Below are positions 20,230-31,971 of a stretch of 64,000 nt of DNA, piece after piece. Position 1 is the first letter of the stretch, and each line of letters starts with the position of its first letter. The notes beneath the pieces were generated by a model. It was not told the DNA's origin and searched no databases. It saw nothing but the letters and a program-made list of their open reading frames with translations. The translations under genes were made by a program, and so were the position numbers. Source of the stretch: Chloropicon primus (lineage: Eukaryota); contig CP060769.1 in the NCBI GenBank assembly GCA_023205875.1, forward strand, positions 496,001 to 560,000. The letters run 5' to 3'.

Positions 20230-21438
20230 GTGGTTCTCACCAGCTTTTCGGAGATGATGATGATGATGTTGAGAGATACGATGACGACGATGGAGGTGGA
20301 GAAGGAAGTCCAGGAGCGATGCCTTACGTGCCATGCTGCCTCGAGGTCGGGCATCCCGCCATGCCTCGGCCTGGCTCACGAAGTGGCCGCTTCCAGCGGT
20401 GCCACGAAGAAGGGGATCCTCAACTTTAACACAAATAACAGACCACTGAGTGACGAGGAGAAGGAGAAGGAGAGGGAGAGGGCGTGCGAGCTCCTCACCT
20501 TGTCCCAGGACATCTGCAATGCGAGAAGCCACGCCGCTTGCCTGGACAAGCATGTGGAAAGGCAAACTGAAAAGGCGAAGGATTACTGCTGCATGTTGTC
20601 CAGAGTGCTGGAGAGGGAGGAGGATGACCTCCTGACTTGCCAGTTCAAGTGGAGGACTTACATCACCGCCACCAACGGATCCCTCGACCTCACCATCAAG
20701 GACGTCGCCCAAGAGCTCCGGGTGGCATTGGCGAACTATGCCCAGTGCGTGAGGCTGAACGCCCTGCAGGAGATAGACGACTCGAGGAGCGAAGAAGATC
20801 TCGCCGTGGTCTGCAAGAGCGTTGTGGGGGAGCTGAGAGTGGCTGCAGGGGCACTGGAGGCCGCTGGCAACGTAAAAACCCCCAAGGCGAAGGCGTATGG
20901 CATCCCATCCGAGGCGTGTCCCAGCATGGCACGCTCGATGGCAAAGGTTTGCTTGGGGGAGGCGCAGCTCGTTACCGCGCACAGGGCGAGCCTGATGAAA
21001 CTCTCCAGGCCGACGGTGAGTTCCCTTTACTTTGGAGCCGCTCAATTCTACGAGGAGGCGACAAAGGAGATCAAGGGGAACATCGGGGAGTTCAACGAAG
21101 TGAGCGAGCACCAAATGAAGTACTTGGCGTTCTGCTCCTGGCTTACCACGGCTCGAGCGATTGCTCAAATGGGCACGCACTGCCGGGAGCAGGACCAGGT
21201 GGGAGAGGCCATCGCTACCATGGAAGCCTCGCGAAGATTTTTGCTCAAGTGCAGGCCCCTGGCCGAGGACGACTCGGCCTGGATGGAAGTCTTCCAGAGA
21301 GAATGCGAGAGAATCATCGGGAGTCTCTCCAAGCTCAGGAAAGAGAACGAGATCGTGTTCTTCCAGACTGAGGCCAAGGCACCTGTACAATACCCAGAGG
21401 CAAAGCAAGTCGTGTCCCCTCTGCCCTTGGAGTTGTGA
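20230..21438 (+). CDS. BRO1-domain protein (BROX-like); start codon uncertain
   Basis: FKWRT, CLGEAQLV, QVGEAIA, LRKENEIVFFQ fit the BRO1 pattern. Confidence 0.7.
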   Translation: MVLTSFSEMMMMMLRDTMTTMEVEKEVQERCLTCHAASRSGIPPCLGLAHEVAASSGATKKGILNFNTNNRPLSDEEKEKERERACELLTLSQDICNARSHAACLDKHVERQTEKAKDYCCMLSRVLEREEDDLLTCQFKWRTYITATNGSLDLTIKDVAQELRVALANYAQCVRLNALQEIDDSRSEEDLAVVCKSVVGELRVAAGALEAAGNVKTPKAKAYGIPSEACPSMARSMAKVCLGEAQLVTAHRASLMKLSRPTVSSLYFGAAQFYEEATKEIKGNIGEFNEVSEHQMKYLAFCSWLTTARAIAQMGTHCREQDQVGEAIATMEASRRFLLKCRPLAEDDSAWMEVFQRECERIIGSLSKLRKENEIVFFQTEAKAPVQYPEAKQVVSPLPLEL

Positions 21439-21528
21439 CCCATTTCAATTCTAGTTGGTTTGTTTGGTTTTGCTATTTATTACATTGCGTTGCTACTTTA
21501 CGACGCTCGTCCTGGGCGACTTCAAATT

Positions 21529-23127
21529 TTACATGATTGTGCACTTTTTGCTCTCTTTCGCGGCGTTTCTCTGGGCCTGCAACTGCATGTGCCTCTGCTC
21601 CTCCAGACGCTGTGCCTCCTGCCGTCTTCTGTGCTCCTCCTCCAGCCTTCGCTGCTCCGCTTGCTGAGCTTCCAGCTGAGCTGCCAGCTGCTCTTGCTCC
21701 TGCTGCTCGGCCTGCTGCATCTGAAGGGCAAGGGCGAAGTCCGTCTCTTCCTGGAGCTGGTGAAGCATGGCTGGATCATTGCCAGGGGTCGCGGCCGCCT
21801 TGTCCTCGTCAGTGAACCCAGAGACAAACTGATTGTTCCCGTGGGTGTCCGTCATGCATTCCCACACCACTTCTGGGACATCCCTGTACCCAGTGTCCGT
21901 CACAAGCAAATGGATCTTGTTCTTGAATTTGAAGACGGTAGAAAAGTGGTTGTTCCGGAAGAACACGGCCAGCTCCCTCTCCTTCAGCTCCGTCTGTAGG
22001 GCAAAAAGACCTTCAGTCGTCAGCTGACTCGAAGTCGTCTCCAAGAAATCCTGAATGGCGTAGCACTCGTACTGGGACCTCCCCCCCTCGTCCTCCATGG
22101 CCCGAAGCTCTTCCCTGCACTCCATCTCCAGCTGCTTTGCCGTCTTCTTCCCGACCTCCTCCTGGATGCCTTCGCCCCGCGCGTCGCTCTTTCCGACTTC
22201 GAGGTTGCAGCGGACCAAGGAAGCATCCTCCCCTGCGGCGGTCGTCGTGGCTTCCCCCTGGTCGTCAAGGGACAGATCAATCAAGTCGCCGAGGCCACCC
22301 TCGCCCCCCTTGGCCCCCTCTCCCAACCCCAGTGTCAAAGAGACCTGAACCTTGTCGTCACCAGCCGCTGGGCCCAGGGGAGCCGCGTACTTCTGGTCCT
22401 CGGACGCCTTCAGGGTCAAGACCTCGTTCAGCTTCTCCTGGACTTTCCTCCTCTTCTGCTCGCCCACGTCCCACCTCACGACCTTCTCCACCAACTGGTT
22501 GTAGCTCATCTCGCCCACGAACTTGGCGTGCTCGCTCTCCGGGGCGTATAGCCACCCGTGGAAGAGAGAGATGTCCAGCAGGTCGAATATCGCCACCTCG
22601 TCGGTGAACTCAAAGGCCCTGCAGCCGAAGAACCGAGGGTTCACGTCCACCCCGGTGAGAAGCTTGGGCAGAATCGATATGGCGTCGCTGATATTCTGCC
22701 TGATCGTCTCCGTCCTGAGGTGCATCTCGCTCACCGTTCTGGGAGACGAAGGAAAGTCCGCGCCCGGACCCGCCGCGTTCAGTCCTCCCTGCTTCGTCTC
22801 CTTGTTCGCGTCCAGCATATGCTCCGCCACGATGGACATGAGCTGCTGGATGTGCACCGTCCTCGCTTCCTTGCACCGCTCCGGCAGCTGCACCGTGTTC
22901 CTCAGAAGCAACGCGTTCGCTATCGCGAGCAGAGGGCACGGACCGTTCGCGTTCTGCAGTATTATCGTCACCTCCCTTCCAAAAAAAGGTATCGTCTTCA
23001 ACTCAAACACCTGCTCCTGTTCCTGCTCTGCCGAACCTTGTCCCGATGTTCCCTCTCCCCCTCCGCCGCCACCCCCACTCCCTCCCCTCTGTCTGCCTCC
23101 AACATCATCCACTCTGCTGCCCTCCAT
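21529..23127 (-). CDS. MINDY1/2-type deubiquitinase
   Basis: QNANGPCPLLAIANAL, GVDVNPRF, LFHGWL, FFRNNHFST, LVTDTGY, MIU-like DFALALQMQ, C-terminal CAAX (CTIM). Confidence 0.92.
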   Translation of the reverse strand: MEGSRVDDVGGRQRGGSGGGGGGGEGTSGQGSAEQEQEQVFELKTIPFFGREVTIILQNANGPCPLLAIANALLLRNTVQLPERCKEARTVHIQQLMSIVAEHMLDANKETKQGGLNAAGPGADFPSSPRTVSEMHLRTETIRQNISDAISILPKLLTGVDVNPRFFGCRAFEFTDEVAIFDLLDISLFHGWLYAPESEHAKFVGEMSYNQLVEKVVRWDVGEQKRRKVQEKLNEVLTLKASEDQKYAAPLGPAAGDDKVQVSLTLGLGEGAKGGEGGLGDLIDLSLDDQGEATTTAAGEDASLVRCNLEVGKSDARGEGIQEEVGKKTAKQLEMECREELRAMEDEGGRSQYECYAIQDFLETTSSQLTTEGLFALQTELKERELAVFFRNNHFSTVFKFKNKIHLLVTDTGYRDVPEVVWECMTDTHGNNQFVSGFTDEDKAAATPGNDPAMLHQLQEETDFALALQMQQAEQQEQEQLAAQLEAQQAEQRRLEEEHRRRQEAQRLEEQRHMQLQAQRNAAKESKKCTIM

Positions 23128-24043
23128 CCCTCTCTCCGCCTCCACTCAAAACGCGCTCGACAGCGAACCACGGCGTTGTATCGGGCGAGCGTTGGCTCTT
23201 TCGAATGCTCACGAGGTGACGCTCCCCTTGTGGCCTTCCTCCTCCCCTTTACGCGACCGAAGCGACCACTGCCTCCCCTCTCCCCTCTTTCTCTCTGGAC
23301 CAAAACAAGCGGATGGCAACCTCTTCGGCGTCCAAAATCCTCACCAGAGCGTTGCTTCGTTCAAACAAAAGCTCGACGGAAAGATCTCAAGACGATGCGT
23401 TCGCCTGTTGCCTTCCCTTCCCTGTCCCTTGTCCCTCTCTTCCCTCTACTCCGCGCCCAACCCTCCGCTCTCTCGTGTTCTCCGCGCAGCAGCGAAGCTT
23501 GTGTCACGGGGAGGAGAAGCAGCGGCGGCTTGCGCGGGAAGGGCGAAGGAGTCCGTCTCCTTTCACAAGAAACGACGCGCGAGGGAGGGAGAAACAGAGA
23601 AAGGAGAGGACGTAACGAGGTGTTGCGTCTTACGAGCATTCCGACGATACCTCACAAGAACGGTTTGGCTCTCATTGCGCTCGAGGGAGAGGATCGAGGA
23701 CGAAGGATTGGTCTGCAGAGTTTTGTGGCTTCGAAACCCAGTTCGTTCCTCGCGGAGACCAAAACGCTTCGTCGCTCGAGAGGGGCGCCGTTACCGTCCT
23801 CGCTGCCGAATAAAGTAACGCCTGCGAGTCGCTCGTCTAGCGGTGCACACACAGAGAGAGGAAGAGGAAGAGGAAGAGGAAGGGGAAGAGCATCCCATCC
23901 GAGCACAAGGCATCCCTGGCGGCTTGAATTGCATTGCATTCCGTCGTTGTCTTGAAGGCATTGTCCTTCTTGGTGCTGGTTGCATTGGTCCTTTGGATTG
24001 CGTTCGTGCGGTGAGCGGAGCGGAGGGGGTTTACGGTTTCAGC

Positions 24044-24571
24044 ATGGTGAAGGGTTCTGGAGGAAAGGAGAGTGGAGGAGGGCACGGGGTGAGGAGGACC
24101 TCGTTCAAGCGGGCGAGGCGTGCGAGGTTCAGGGTCAGGGGGGATGACCAGATAAGGAAGGACCTCGAGAAGGGGAAGGGCGAGAGGGAGACCGTGGATG
24201 GGAGGCTCGTGGGACCTGTGGGGACCATCAATAAGGTGGTCCTGGACGATGACATACCCGGCTGCGGGAAGTTCTTTTGTGCCGTCTGCGCGAGGTACTT
24301 TGCGAACGAGGAGTCCCTTCGGTCGCACAACAAGACGAAGAAGCACAAGAGGAGGCACAAGCTGTTTTACGACAGAAAGACTGGGGAGCTGAGGAGCGAG
24401 GAGGACATCCACCACTCGCAGGACGTGGCGGACCGGGCCAAGGGAAGGGGCAGAACAGACAACGGGCAGAGGCTAGGACGCGGCGGCGCGGCGACCATGG
24501 CGACCGAGACACTGAGCGCCGCTGCAGCCGGAGGCAACCAGGACGAGCCCGTGGACTTCGGGGAGCTCTGA
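24044..24571 (+). CDS. BUD20: BUD20/ZNF593 C2H2 zinc-finger ribosome biogenesis factor
   Basis: DDDIPGCGKFFCAVCARYF...HNKTKKHKRR...HSQDVADRA; TGTAA at 24619. Confidence 0.85.
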   Translation: MVKGSGGKESGGGHGVRRTSFKRARRARFRVRGDDQIRKDLEKGKGERETVDGRLVGPVGTINKVVLDDDIPGCGKFFCAVCARYFANEESLRSHNKTKKHKRRHKLFYDRKTGELRSEEDIHHSQDVADRAKGRGRTDNGQRLGRGGAATMATETLSAAAAGGNQDEPVDFGEL

Positions 24572-25048
24572 GTGCGGGGTCTAAGGCATACACGAGAGAG
24601 AAGAAGAGAGAATTCATGTGTAATCTTATCTTACATTATTTAATGCTCGCTTGCGTACGCCGCCGTCCACCACAAATCCTGCCCCCTGCTCCTCCAGGTG
24701 CCCACCCCCTCCAGGTCGATGCGCGTGAATGAATGGAGGGCGAGGGCCCACAGACCCTGATGCATCATGAATGCATCCACCTCCCCTCTTCCCCTCTGCA
24801 CTGGCCGATGCACCCGAATGCATGGCGGTAGAGGAAAGAAGCTAGGCAAGGAAGTAAATCACGCCTCATGACCCTTCCCCTCCCCGCTCCTCCCCCCTTT
24901 CCCCCTTGCCTTGCTTCCTCCTCCTCCCTTGTGCTTCCGCTTCCTCCTGCCCTGGCGCTGGAGATGAAGGGAAGGGCTCCATCATTGAGAGCCCCGCCAC
25001 CGACGAGAGAGAAAGAAGACGAAGACGAAACACAAGAGCGAGGCCAGA

Positions 25049-25086
<38 letters not shown>

Positions 25087-25301
25087 GAGGAGCGACCACT
25101 GCCAACCCTCACCACATCACACCCTCGCCGCCTTTCTTTCTCTTCTTTCCAAACCACAACACACAAGAGCAGAGCCAGAGCAGAGCAGAGGAGAGGAGCA
25201 GAGGAGAGGAGAGGGCAAACCACTCGAGTGCATTCCATCCCAGTGACAAGAGCAGAGCAGAGGTGAAGTGAAGTTGTGTTGTGTTTTGTGTTTTGTGCAG
25301 G

Positions 25302-26127
25302 ATGTCGAGCGATTCTTGGATGCGCGAGTACAGCGAGGTGAAAGCGTCTTGCGATGAGGTATACGAACTTATTCGGGAAAGGAACGCGATGACGTCCTCC
25401 TCTTCGTCTTCCCTTGGGATGACCATGAGTCAACAGACAGGTCAGGAGGTGCACAAGCTGAGCGCGCAGTGCAGGAGGAAGCTAACGAGCTTGAACAACA
25501 AGATCAACGAGTTGGACAAAAGCGTCGGTCAAGAGAAAGGAGGTCAAGTAACGCAGAGGGAACAAAACAGGAGGACGGAACTCGTGAACGCCCTCAGGGT
25601 GAGGAAGGACCAGCTCAAGGAACTCATGGCCAAGGACAACTCAAGGAACGAGAGGACCAAGCTCCTCGAGACACAAGGTAACACCCAATGGCAATGACAT
25701 CCGCGTGACATGACATGACTTTGGGACTGAAACTGAAACGTGTTTTGGGTTTTGGTTTGCTTCAGGTGACGGTGCGAGGAAGCCGGGCGCGGAGACGGTG
25801 GAGACTGCTGGGTTGGACTCCAGGGGCATCCTGCAGCTTCAGAAGCAGGCTTTGAGGTCCCAGGAGGACGAGATTGCGGAGCTCGGGAAGGCGGTGAGGA
25901 ACACCAAGCACGTGGCCCTCGCCATCAACGACGAGGTGGACCTCCACCAGAGCCTGCTGGACGACCTCGACAACTCGGTCGACAAGACCCAGTCCTACAT
26001 GAAGTTTGCCAGGAGGAAACTGGAGCAAGTCTCCAGGAAGAGCGGGTCCTGCAAGTTCATCATGATCATGATACTGCTCATCGTTGTCCTCGCCGTCGTC
26101 ATCTCCATGTCCAAAATGATGTCCTAG
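25302..26127 (+). CDS. SYP5/syntaxin-8-type Qc-SNARE, 2 exons; intron 25678-25765
   Basis: DSWMREY N-terminus, REQNRR, SNARE motif QEDEIAEL...INDEVDLHQSLLDDLD, C-terminal TM. Confidence 0.88.
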
Positions 26128-26147
26128 CCGAACAAGGGCGAGACCTC

Positions 26148-26192
26148 GAAGAAGAAGAAGAAGAAGAAGAAGAAGAAGAAGAAGAAGAAGAA
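26148..26192. repeat. (GAA)n microsatellite
   Basis: About 15 consecutive GAA units. Confidence 0.9.
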
Positions 26193-26312
26193 GAGAAGAA
26201 GAGTCTGTCTTGTCTTTTCTCTCCTCGGCGTCAATATTTTTTTTAGCAAAGCAAAGCAAAGTTGATTGAAAAAAGAAAAAAAAAATGATTTGTTCTACGT
26301 GCTTGTTGCCCA

Positions 26313-27125
26313 CTAGTAAGGCACCGACCCCGCCTTCTTCTTCCAGGCTTCCACGTTCTCCCCGGCGAGGCCACGGTTTCCTCCCGCGGCCCACTCCCTC
26401 AGTCCTCCCCTGACGTGCCCCACCTTGCTCTTCGGAACGTTTGCCTCATCCACCGCCTTGTACACCGCCTGAAGGGACCGGCTCTGCTTTCCGTAGATGA
26501 AGCCAGGCACCGGCTCGCACGTCCCGCCGGCATCACACATGAAGTACAACCTCTGGTCCTCCGCCATACCCTGGTACACCTTGGCCACCTCTGTGACGAA
26601 CTCCGGGTTCTCCTCCGTTCCCTTCACGCCATTGATGGCGCAGAACAACGTCTTCACCGCATTCGCCACCGAGACCGTCGTAATCGGACGGAATATCGGC
26701 ACCGACACCGCATCCACCGCATGCACCTTCCCACGCCACGCACAGCATCCAGCAGCACAACGATGAACAAGTTGTTAAAATGGTGAAGCAGAGAGGAGAA
26801 GGAAAAGGAAAAGGAGAAGGAGACTCACCTCTTCGTAATCCCCTGGCATCCTGACATCGATGATGACGGCCTTATTCTCCTCCGCCATGTCGAGTGCCTC
26901 ATCACACGAGGACAAAACCAACGAACCTTCCTCCATCCACTTGTACAAGTCCGGCTGCATGGTTTCCCATGGTTTCACAGCCCTGCAGGGTCTCAGGACT
27001 CGAACCGAGTGACGGAGTGTTACAGTTGGAGTCCCAACATGTGGCCTGACCCTCAATGGACCCTGCGCTGCCGTCATGGCGCCCCTCGCGCCGCTCCTCG
27101 TCCTCCACTGCGTCGCCATCGCCAT
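26313..27125 (-). CDS. Chloroplast rhodanese-like protein, 2 exons; intron 26727-26828
   Basis: IIDVRMPGDYEE|VHAVDAVSVP, GTEENPEF, GKQSRSL, HVRGGLREW. Confidence 0.85.
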
Positions 27126-27772
27126 GAGCTATCCACAACTGGACCAATGAGATCAGGATCTCGAGGAGTTTGGGTGAGGGGCGAGACTCAGGCCTTGATG
27201 GGCGGCGTGTGTCACGACAGAGGGAAAGGAAGGGAAAGAGGACAAGAAATCACGATTTTACGTCTCAACATCTTTCGAACGAGCCCTCACTCGACCCATT
27301 TGGTGCTCGGATTGGTCGAGGAATCGACGGGGAGGACAGAAAACCATTAGCGTCAGTGCTGGATCCAGAACCTTTGAGGAGACATTTGTCGCCCATAACG
27401 GCGAGGTAAGCGTTCGATTGCTGTACCATCGGACCGAATATCTCTTTCTCTTTCGAGCGAACGCTCGCACGATCCTGTTGGCGTGACGGAAGGATAAGGT
27501 CGACCGGCCACATTGCTTCTCCCTTGGGGGATGGAGTTTGGAGGTCCGGGCGTTGATTGGCATCCCATCCGGAGGGAGGAGGGAGGAGTGGTCGTGGCGG
27601 AACAGTAATCGAACGCGCCTCGCACAAGCTTTCCAAAGACCTATCGCGCTCGACCACACTGCTTTTGCCTTGGTGCAAGAAAGGCGCCCCTGAGAGAGGA
27701 GGGACACAGCAGCAGGAGGGTTGTAGAGAGAGGAGGAGGGTGGGAGCTTCTTGACAAGCAAGTAAACGCATC

Positions 27773-28888
27773 ATGGCGCAAGCTCTTGCTGTTGCCTCGA
27801 CCGCGTTTTCCCTGGTGAACAACACGAAAAAGGCGGTGGATGTTTTCAGGAGCCTGAAAGAGGCGCCTGCCCTGTCCACCGCGTCGTTCCTCAAGAAGCT
27901 TGTGCTCGGAAGCATTCCAACTCTGACGATAGCAAAGAGCTTGGCAAACAGGAGTGAGGGGGTCGAGATCCTCTCTCCCGCGCTCGACCTGTTCGCGGAG
28001 ACTCTGGAGGAGTGCACCACTATCTTGGATGGCTTCAAGGCGTTTCGGGACGACCAAGAGGAGGGGGAGGAGCAGGAGACTTGGAACAAGTGGCTGCAGA
28101 AGAAGAATGGGAAGGACGCCCTCCTGAGCGTATGCACCCGGGTCCAGCAGAGCCAGCAGCTCCTCACGATGTGCCTCACCTCCCTCCAATTCTCTTGCCC
28201 CGGCCTGAGAATTGACCAGCCGTTTTACTTTCAACCGTCCGTGGTTTCCAAGGCCCACGACTTTCTCCTGGAGTTCGAGTTCGGGCGGATGGCCTCCCAG
28301 ACGCTGGCGTTCGCGATGCTGGCCAGGAGGACAAGGGGCTCCACCGTCAAGAGCTCCGCCCAGACGGTCTGGGAGCACCTTTATTACTGCAGAGTTTTGC
28401 TGGTGATTGGGGACGGGAAGAGGTGCACGCTACAGTTTCCGAGGCTGACCAAGAGGCCCACAGGACTGGGGGCCAGCCAGGGCGAGGGGAGCGACGACGA
28501 GGAGGAAGACTTCTCGCGGGATCTCGAGACGTTCGCGATAGACAGGGGCACTCGATTCTTCAGGTACACGAAGACCGAGATGCGTGGCCTTGACGTCTTG
28601 TTCTTGGAGGACAAGCACGACCTCGTCTACCAGCTGGACAATTACCTGATACACTTCGAGCGGAGCGGTAACGTCTCTGCGGAGCTTTTTGAGGCCATTA
28701 TTTGCCTGTGCAAGCTGAAGGATGGGAAGAACTTTCTGAGCAAGGTCCTGAGCTTGGACAACCCAGCGGATGTGCTTGAGGTCAAGGGGGAGCTCTCCGA
28801 AGTTGGGCCTTACTGGGAAGAGCCGAACGCGGAAAAGGCCAAAGAGCACGAGATCTACGAGAAATTAGCGCAGATGAATGTCAAGTGA
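27773..28888 (+). CDS. Hypothetical protein, weakly resembling the fungal Ran-binding protein Yrb30
   Basis: 371-aa ATG ORF with coding-like codons. Order of ILSPALDL / RVQQSQQLLTMCLT / PSVVSKAHDF / TVWEH recalls Yrb30. Confidence 0.6.
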   Translation: MAQALAVASTAFSLVNNTKKAVDVFRSLKEAPALSTASFLKKLVLGSIPTLTIAKSLANRSEGVEILSPALDLFAETLEECTTILDGFKAFRDDQEEGEEQETWNKWLQKKNGKDALLSVCTRVQQSQQLLTMCLTSLQFSCPGLRIDQPFYFQPSVVSKAHDFLLEFEFGRMASQTLAFAMLARRTRGSTVKSSAQTVWEHLYYCRVLLVIGDGKRCTLQFPRLTKRPTGLGASQGEGSDDEEEDFSRDLETFAIDRGTRFFRYTKTEMRGLDVLFLEDKHDLVYQLDNYLIHFERSGNVSAELFEAIICLCKLKDGKNFLSKVLSLDNPADVLEVKGELSEVGPYWEEPNAEKAKEHEIYEKLAQMNVK

Positions 28889-29210
28889 CGATGATTGTGA
28901 GTCAGAACGAACTCGGACGCGTTGTGCTGGATTGATCTACTTGTATTTTTTTTTTATTACCTGATTGTGCTCGTCCACCCCATGCATCCTCGCCCTGGAG
29001 ATCGATGCCAAAGCATCCCACGCCTCCACTTTCCTCAAGCGGTGGCTGAAACGAAAGTCAGTTAGAAAGCGCAGCCGCCTATCCCTCCCCCTCCCTCCCT
29101 TCCCCCTCGTGTACCATCATGGACCATGCATGCATGGCCTCCTCCCTTGGCCTTGGCCTTGGCCTCCCTGCTGCTCCCGGTTCATCTCGCCAGACGGAGC
29201 AGCGGAAAAG

Positions 29211-30182
29211 ATGGCGCCTGGGGGGATCAAGTCGGTTGGTTGGTTGGTTTTCTTCGCCCTGGCGGCGACGGCGGGAGCGGTGCAGGCAACGAGGCAACCA
29301 AGAGTCTTGCAAAGAGACATCGATCATGGAAAGGACACCGTCGACTTTGATTACTTCGGTACGTGCGCTCATTCGTTCGGTTCGTTCGTTCGTTCATTCT
29401 TTCATTCGCTGCAGGAGCATGTTCGTTGCCTTTCTACAGAGGGGAGGACGTGGTGAACTGACTCATGCGTGACCCTACTGCGATGCTTCGTGATGCTTCG
29501 TGCGTCTCCAGTGTATACGATGACTTGGCCGGGCACTTTCTGCGAGGAGAAGAGGTGCACCAAGGAGCCCAACTACTTCACCGTTCATGGTTTGTGGCCC
29601 AATTATGAGAACGGCAAGTGGCCAGCGTTCTGCAACTCGTCGTATCCATTCAATGTGGATGAGATCGAGGACATTCTTCCTACGATGAACAAGGTAAGAA
29701 CTCGGCGGCAAGGCTTGTGGAGCCAACGCTGCGTGGCGCTCGACGAGCAAGGGCTGAACACACAGTTTGCTTTCCTACTCCTTTGTCCCTTTGTTGCCCA
29801 GATATGGCCCGATGTTCTTTCCAGTCACAACGGGAACTGGTTGTGGAGCCACGAGTGGAGCAAGCACGGCACGTGTGCCAAGCCCGTGCTGAACGGGGAG
29901 CACGAGTACTTCTCCAAGGCGCTGGCGTTGTACGACGTCCTCAATCCGACCGAGGTGTTTATCCAGAACGGCATCGTTCCTTCGAACGAGAAGACGTACG
30001 ACTTGGACACGGTTTTGAACGTGTTGGTGACTTCCTTTGGGCACACGTTCCAGGTGAGCTGCCAGGAGAGCGGGGAGGACCTGTTCCAGATTGAGTACTG
30101 CTTGCAGAAAGACTTCCAGGGCAGGAGCTGCGGCAGTCAGCTGAACGGAAACTGCAAGAAAGAGATTCGCATTCCTGCATAG
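29211..30182 (+). CDS. Secreted ribonuclease T2, 3 exons; introns 29359-29511 and 29694-29801
   Basis: Signal peptide, FDYF|VYTMTWPGTFC, CAS I FTVHGLWP, CAS II WSHEWSKHGTC. Confidence 0.93.
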
Positions 30183-30607
30183 CTGGCCCGAGGCTTTGTA
30201 CTGTACAAGGAGGTCCAAGCAAGCCTCTTAAAGACTTGCACGGGACTGAGTTATTCTTATTCATTTCAAACTATAATTCACCTAGATACTCTCGAACACC
30301 ACGAGCGAGGCCATTCCTTCGCTTCACACGCGCTCTCCCATGGCCCGACCGAGGCCTGCAGACCAACGAAGCATCGGTGCGGCAGTGAGATCATCCGTGA
30401 TGATCGATCTCATCACGAGAGAGAGGCGATGGACAGCTGCCCCAGCTTGTGCCGACAGGCGTTCACACTCTGCTGTCGATGAGTCCTGCGGCGGCGGTCA
30501 CGCTCGCGGACAAGCAAATAAGCGGTGTGATGTGCAGTGATGATGAAAGAGGTAATGGAATTAAATCAATAAAGAGCTTGCTTAACTTATCATTGCGGAA
30601 AAGCCTT

Positions 30608-30979
30608 TCAGCCAAAGTGGGGAGCTGCACCGAAAGGATTAGCCGCCCTCATCATTCTCAACCCTCCTTTGCCGACGTTGCGTCCGACGTTGAACTCCCT
30701 TCTGGCGAGGTTCCTCTCCACGGGATGACCGAACATGGCACCTTCGAGGCCATGCTTCATGGCGTTCCCCATGATCCTCCCTCCGCCTTTGGCGACCTGG
30801 GCCCCCGCTCTGAAGAGTCTGGGGTGCCAAGTGTTATCCAGGAGCTGACGACCCGCGGTGTCCCCGGGAGCGATCGCATCCGCATCCACGACCTCAGCCT
30901 CCGCTGCTCTCGCGCTCGCGGCCGTTCCGAGGAGGAGCATCGCACACACGAGCATTGTCTTCATGCTGGTCGAGATCAT
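30608..30979 (-). CDS. Small secreted prepropeptide, copy 1 (123 aa)
   Basis: MISTSMKTMLVCAMLLLGTAASARA signal peptide, acidic pro-region, GRQLL, cationic Gly/Met/Arg-rich C-terminus. Confidence 0.75.
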   Translation of the reverse strand: MISTSMKTMLVCAMLLLGTAASARAAEAEVVDADAIAPGDTAGRQLLDNTWHPRLFRAGAQVAKGGGRIMGNAMKHGLEGAMFGHPVERNLARREFNVGRNVGKGGLRMMRAANPFGAAPHFG

Positions 30980-31971
30980 CTTCCTGTCTTGTCTTCGGGT
31001 GATGTGATGTTGCGTAGTGTAGTGAGAAAATACTTTGCCTTGGGCTCGAGGGCTGGCTTGTTGTTCGCGAATTCTTTTTTTTCTTTTCGTAGCGGCTGCG
31101 TCGAAAGGCTCAGAATGCTTTTGACCCCCTCGTCGCCAACCGTCGCCGGTATATACCCGTCCTTGGCCTCGTCGTCCCCTCGTCACGAGCTTCGTCTCGG
31201 GAACCGGCTTCGAAATAGAAAACCCTTGTTGGCGTTACTGCCCGTGACTTGTGAAAAACGGCCGAATTTTTATCAGTCAGACATCACGTTTGTGGTGTGT
31301 TGAGGTCATGAGACGATCGATGGCATCACGGGCGGTGTGACCGTCTCCTGGAGTACTGCTCCGACCCTTACCCCCCCTTCCCTCCACCATCACCATCACC
31401 ATCAGTGACGGTCCATCACGATCACCATCTCCTCTCTCTGTTCTTTTCTCTTCTGGTGGATTTCTCCCTTCCGCTGAACCATCATAACGGGCGAGCACGA
31501 GGGCGAACACGAGGGCGAAGAAGAAAAAGAAGGAGGAACGGAGAGCGAGCGCGTCTCGGAAGTACTGTACAAGGAAGTCCAAGCAAGCCTCTTAAAGACT
31601 TGCACGGGACTGAGTTATTCTTATTCATTTCAAACTATAATTCACCTAGATACTCTCGAACACCACGAGCGAGGCCATTCCTTCGCTTCACACGCGCTCT
31701 CCCATGGCCCGACCGAGGCCTGCAGACCAACGAAGCATCCGTGTGGCAGTGAGATCATCCGTGATGATCGATCCCATCACGAGAGAGAGGCGATGGACAG
31801 TTGCCCCAGCTTGTGCCGACAGGCGTTCACACTCTGCTGTCGATGAGTCCTGCGGTGGCGGTCACGCTCGCGGACAAGCAAATAAGCGGTGTGATGTGCA
31901 GTGATGATGAAAGAGGTAATGGAATTAAATCAATAAAGAGCTTGCTTAACTTATCATTGCGGAAAAGCCTT

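Noticed and set aside
30230..30600. U3/box C/D snoRNA-like motifs (TGATGA, GAGCGTGA, hairpin CGTGATGA...TCATCACG)
   Set aside because: No correctly placed box D (CTGA) or box A, and a copy-2 substitution weakens the stem. An Infernal/Rfam search would settle it.
30608..30610. TGA stop as selenocysteine
   Set aside because: No redox motif, another stop follows five codons later, and no SECIS was recognised.
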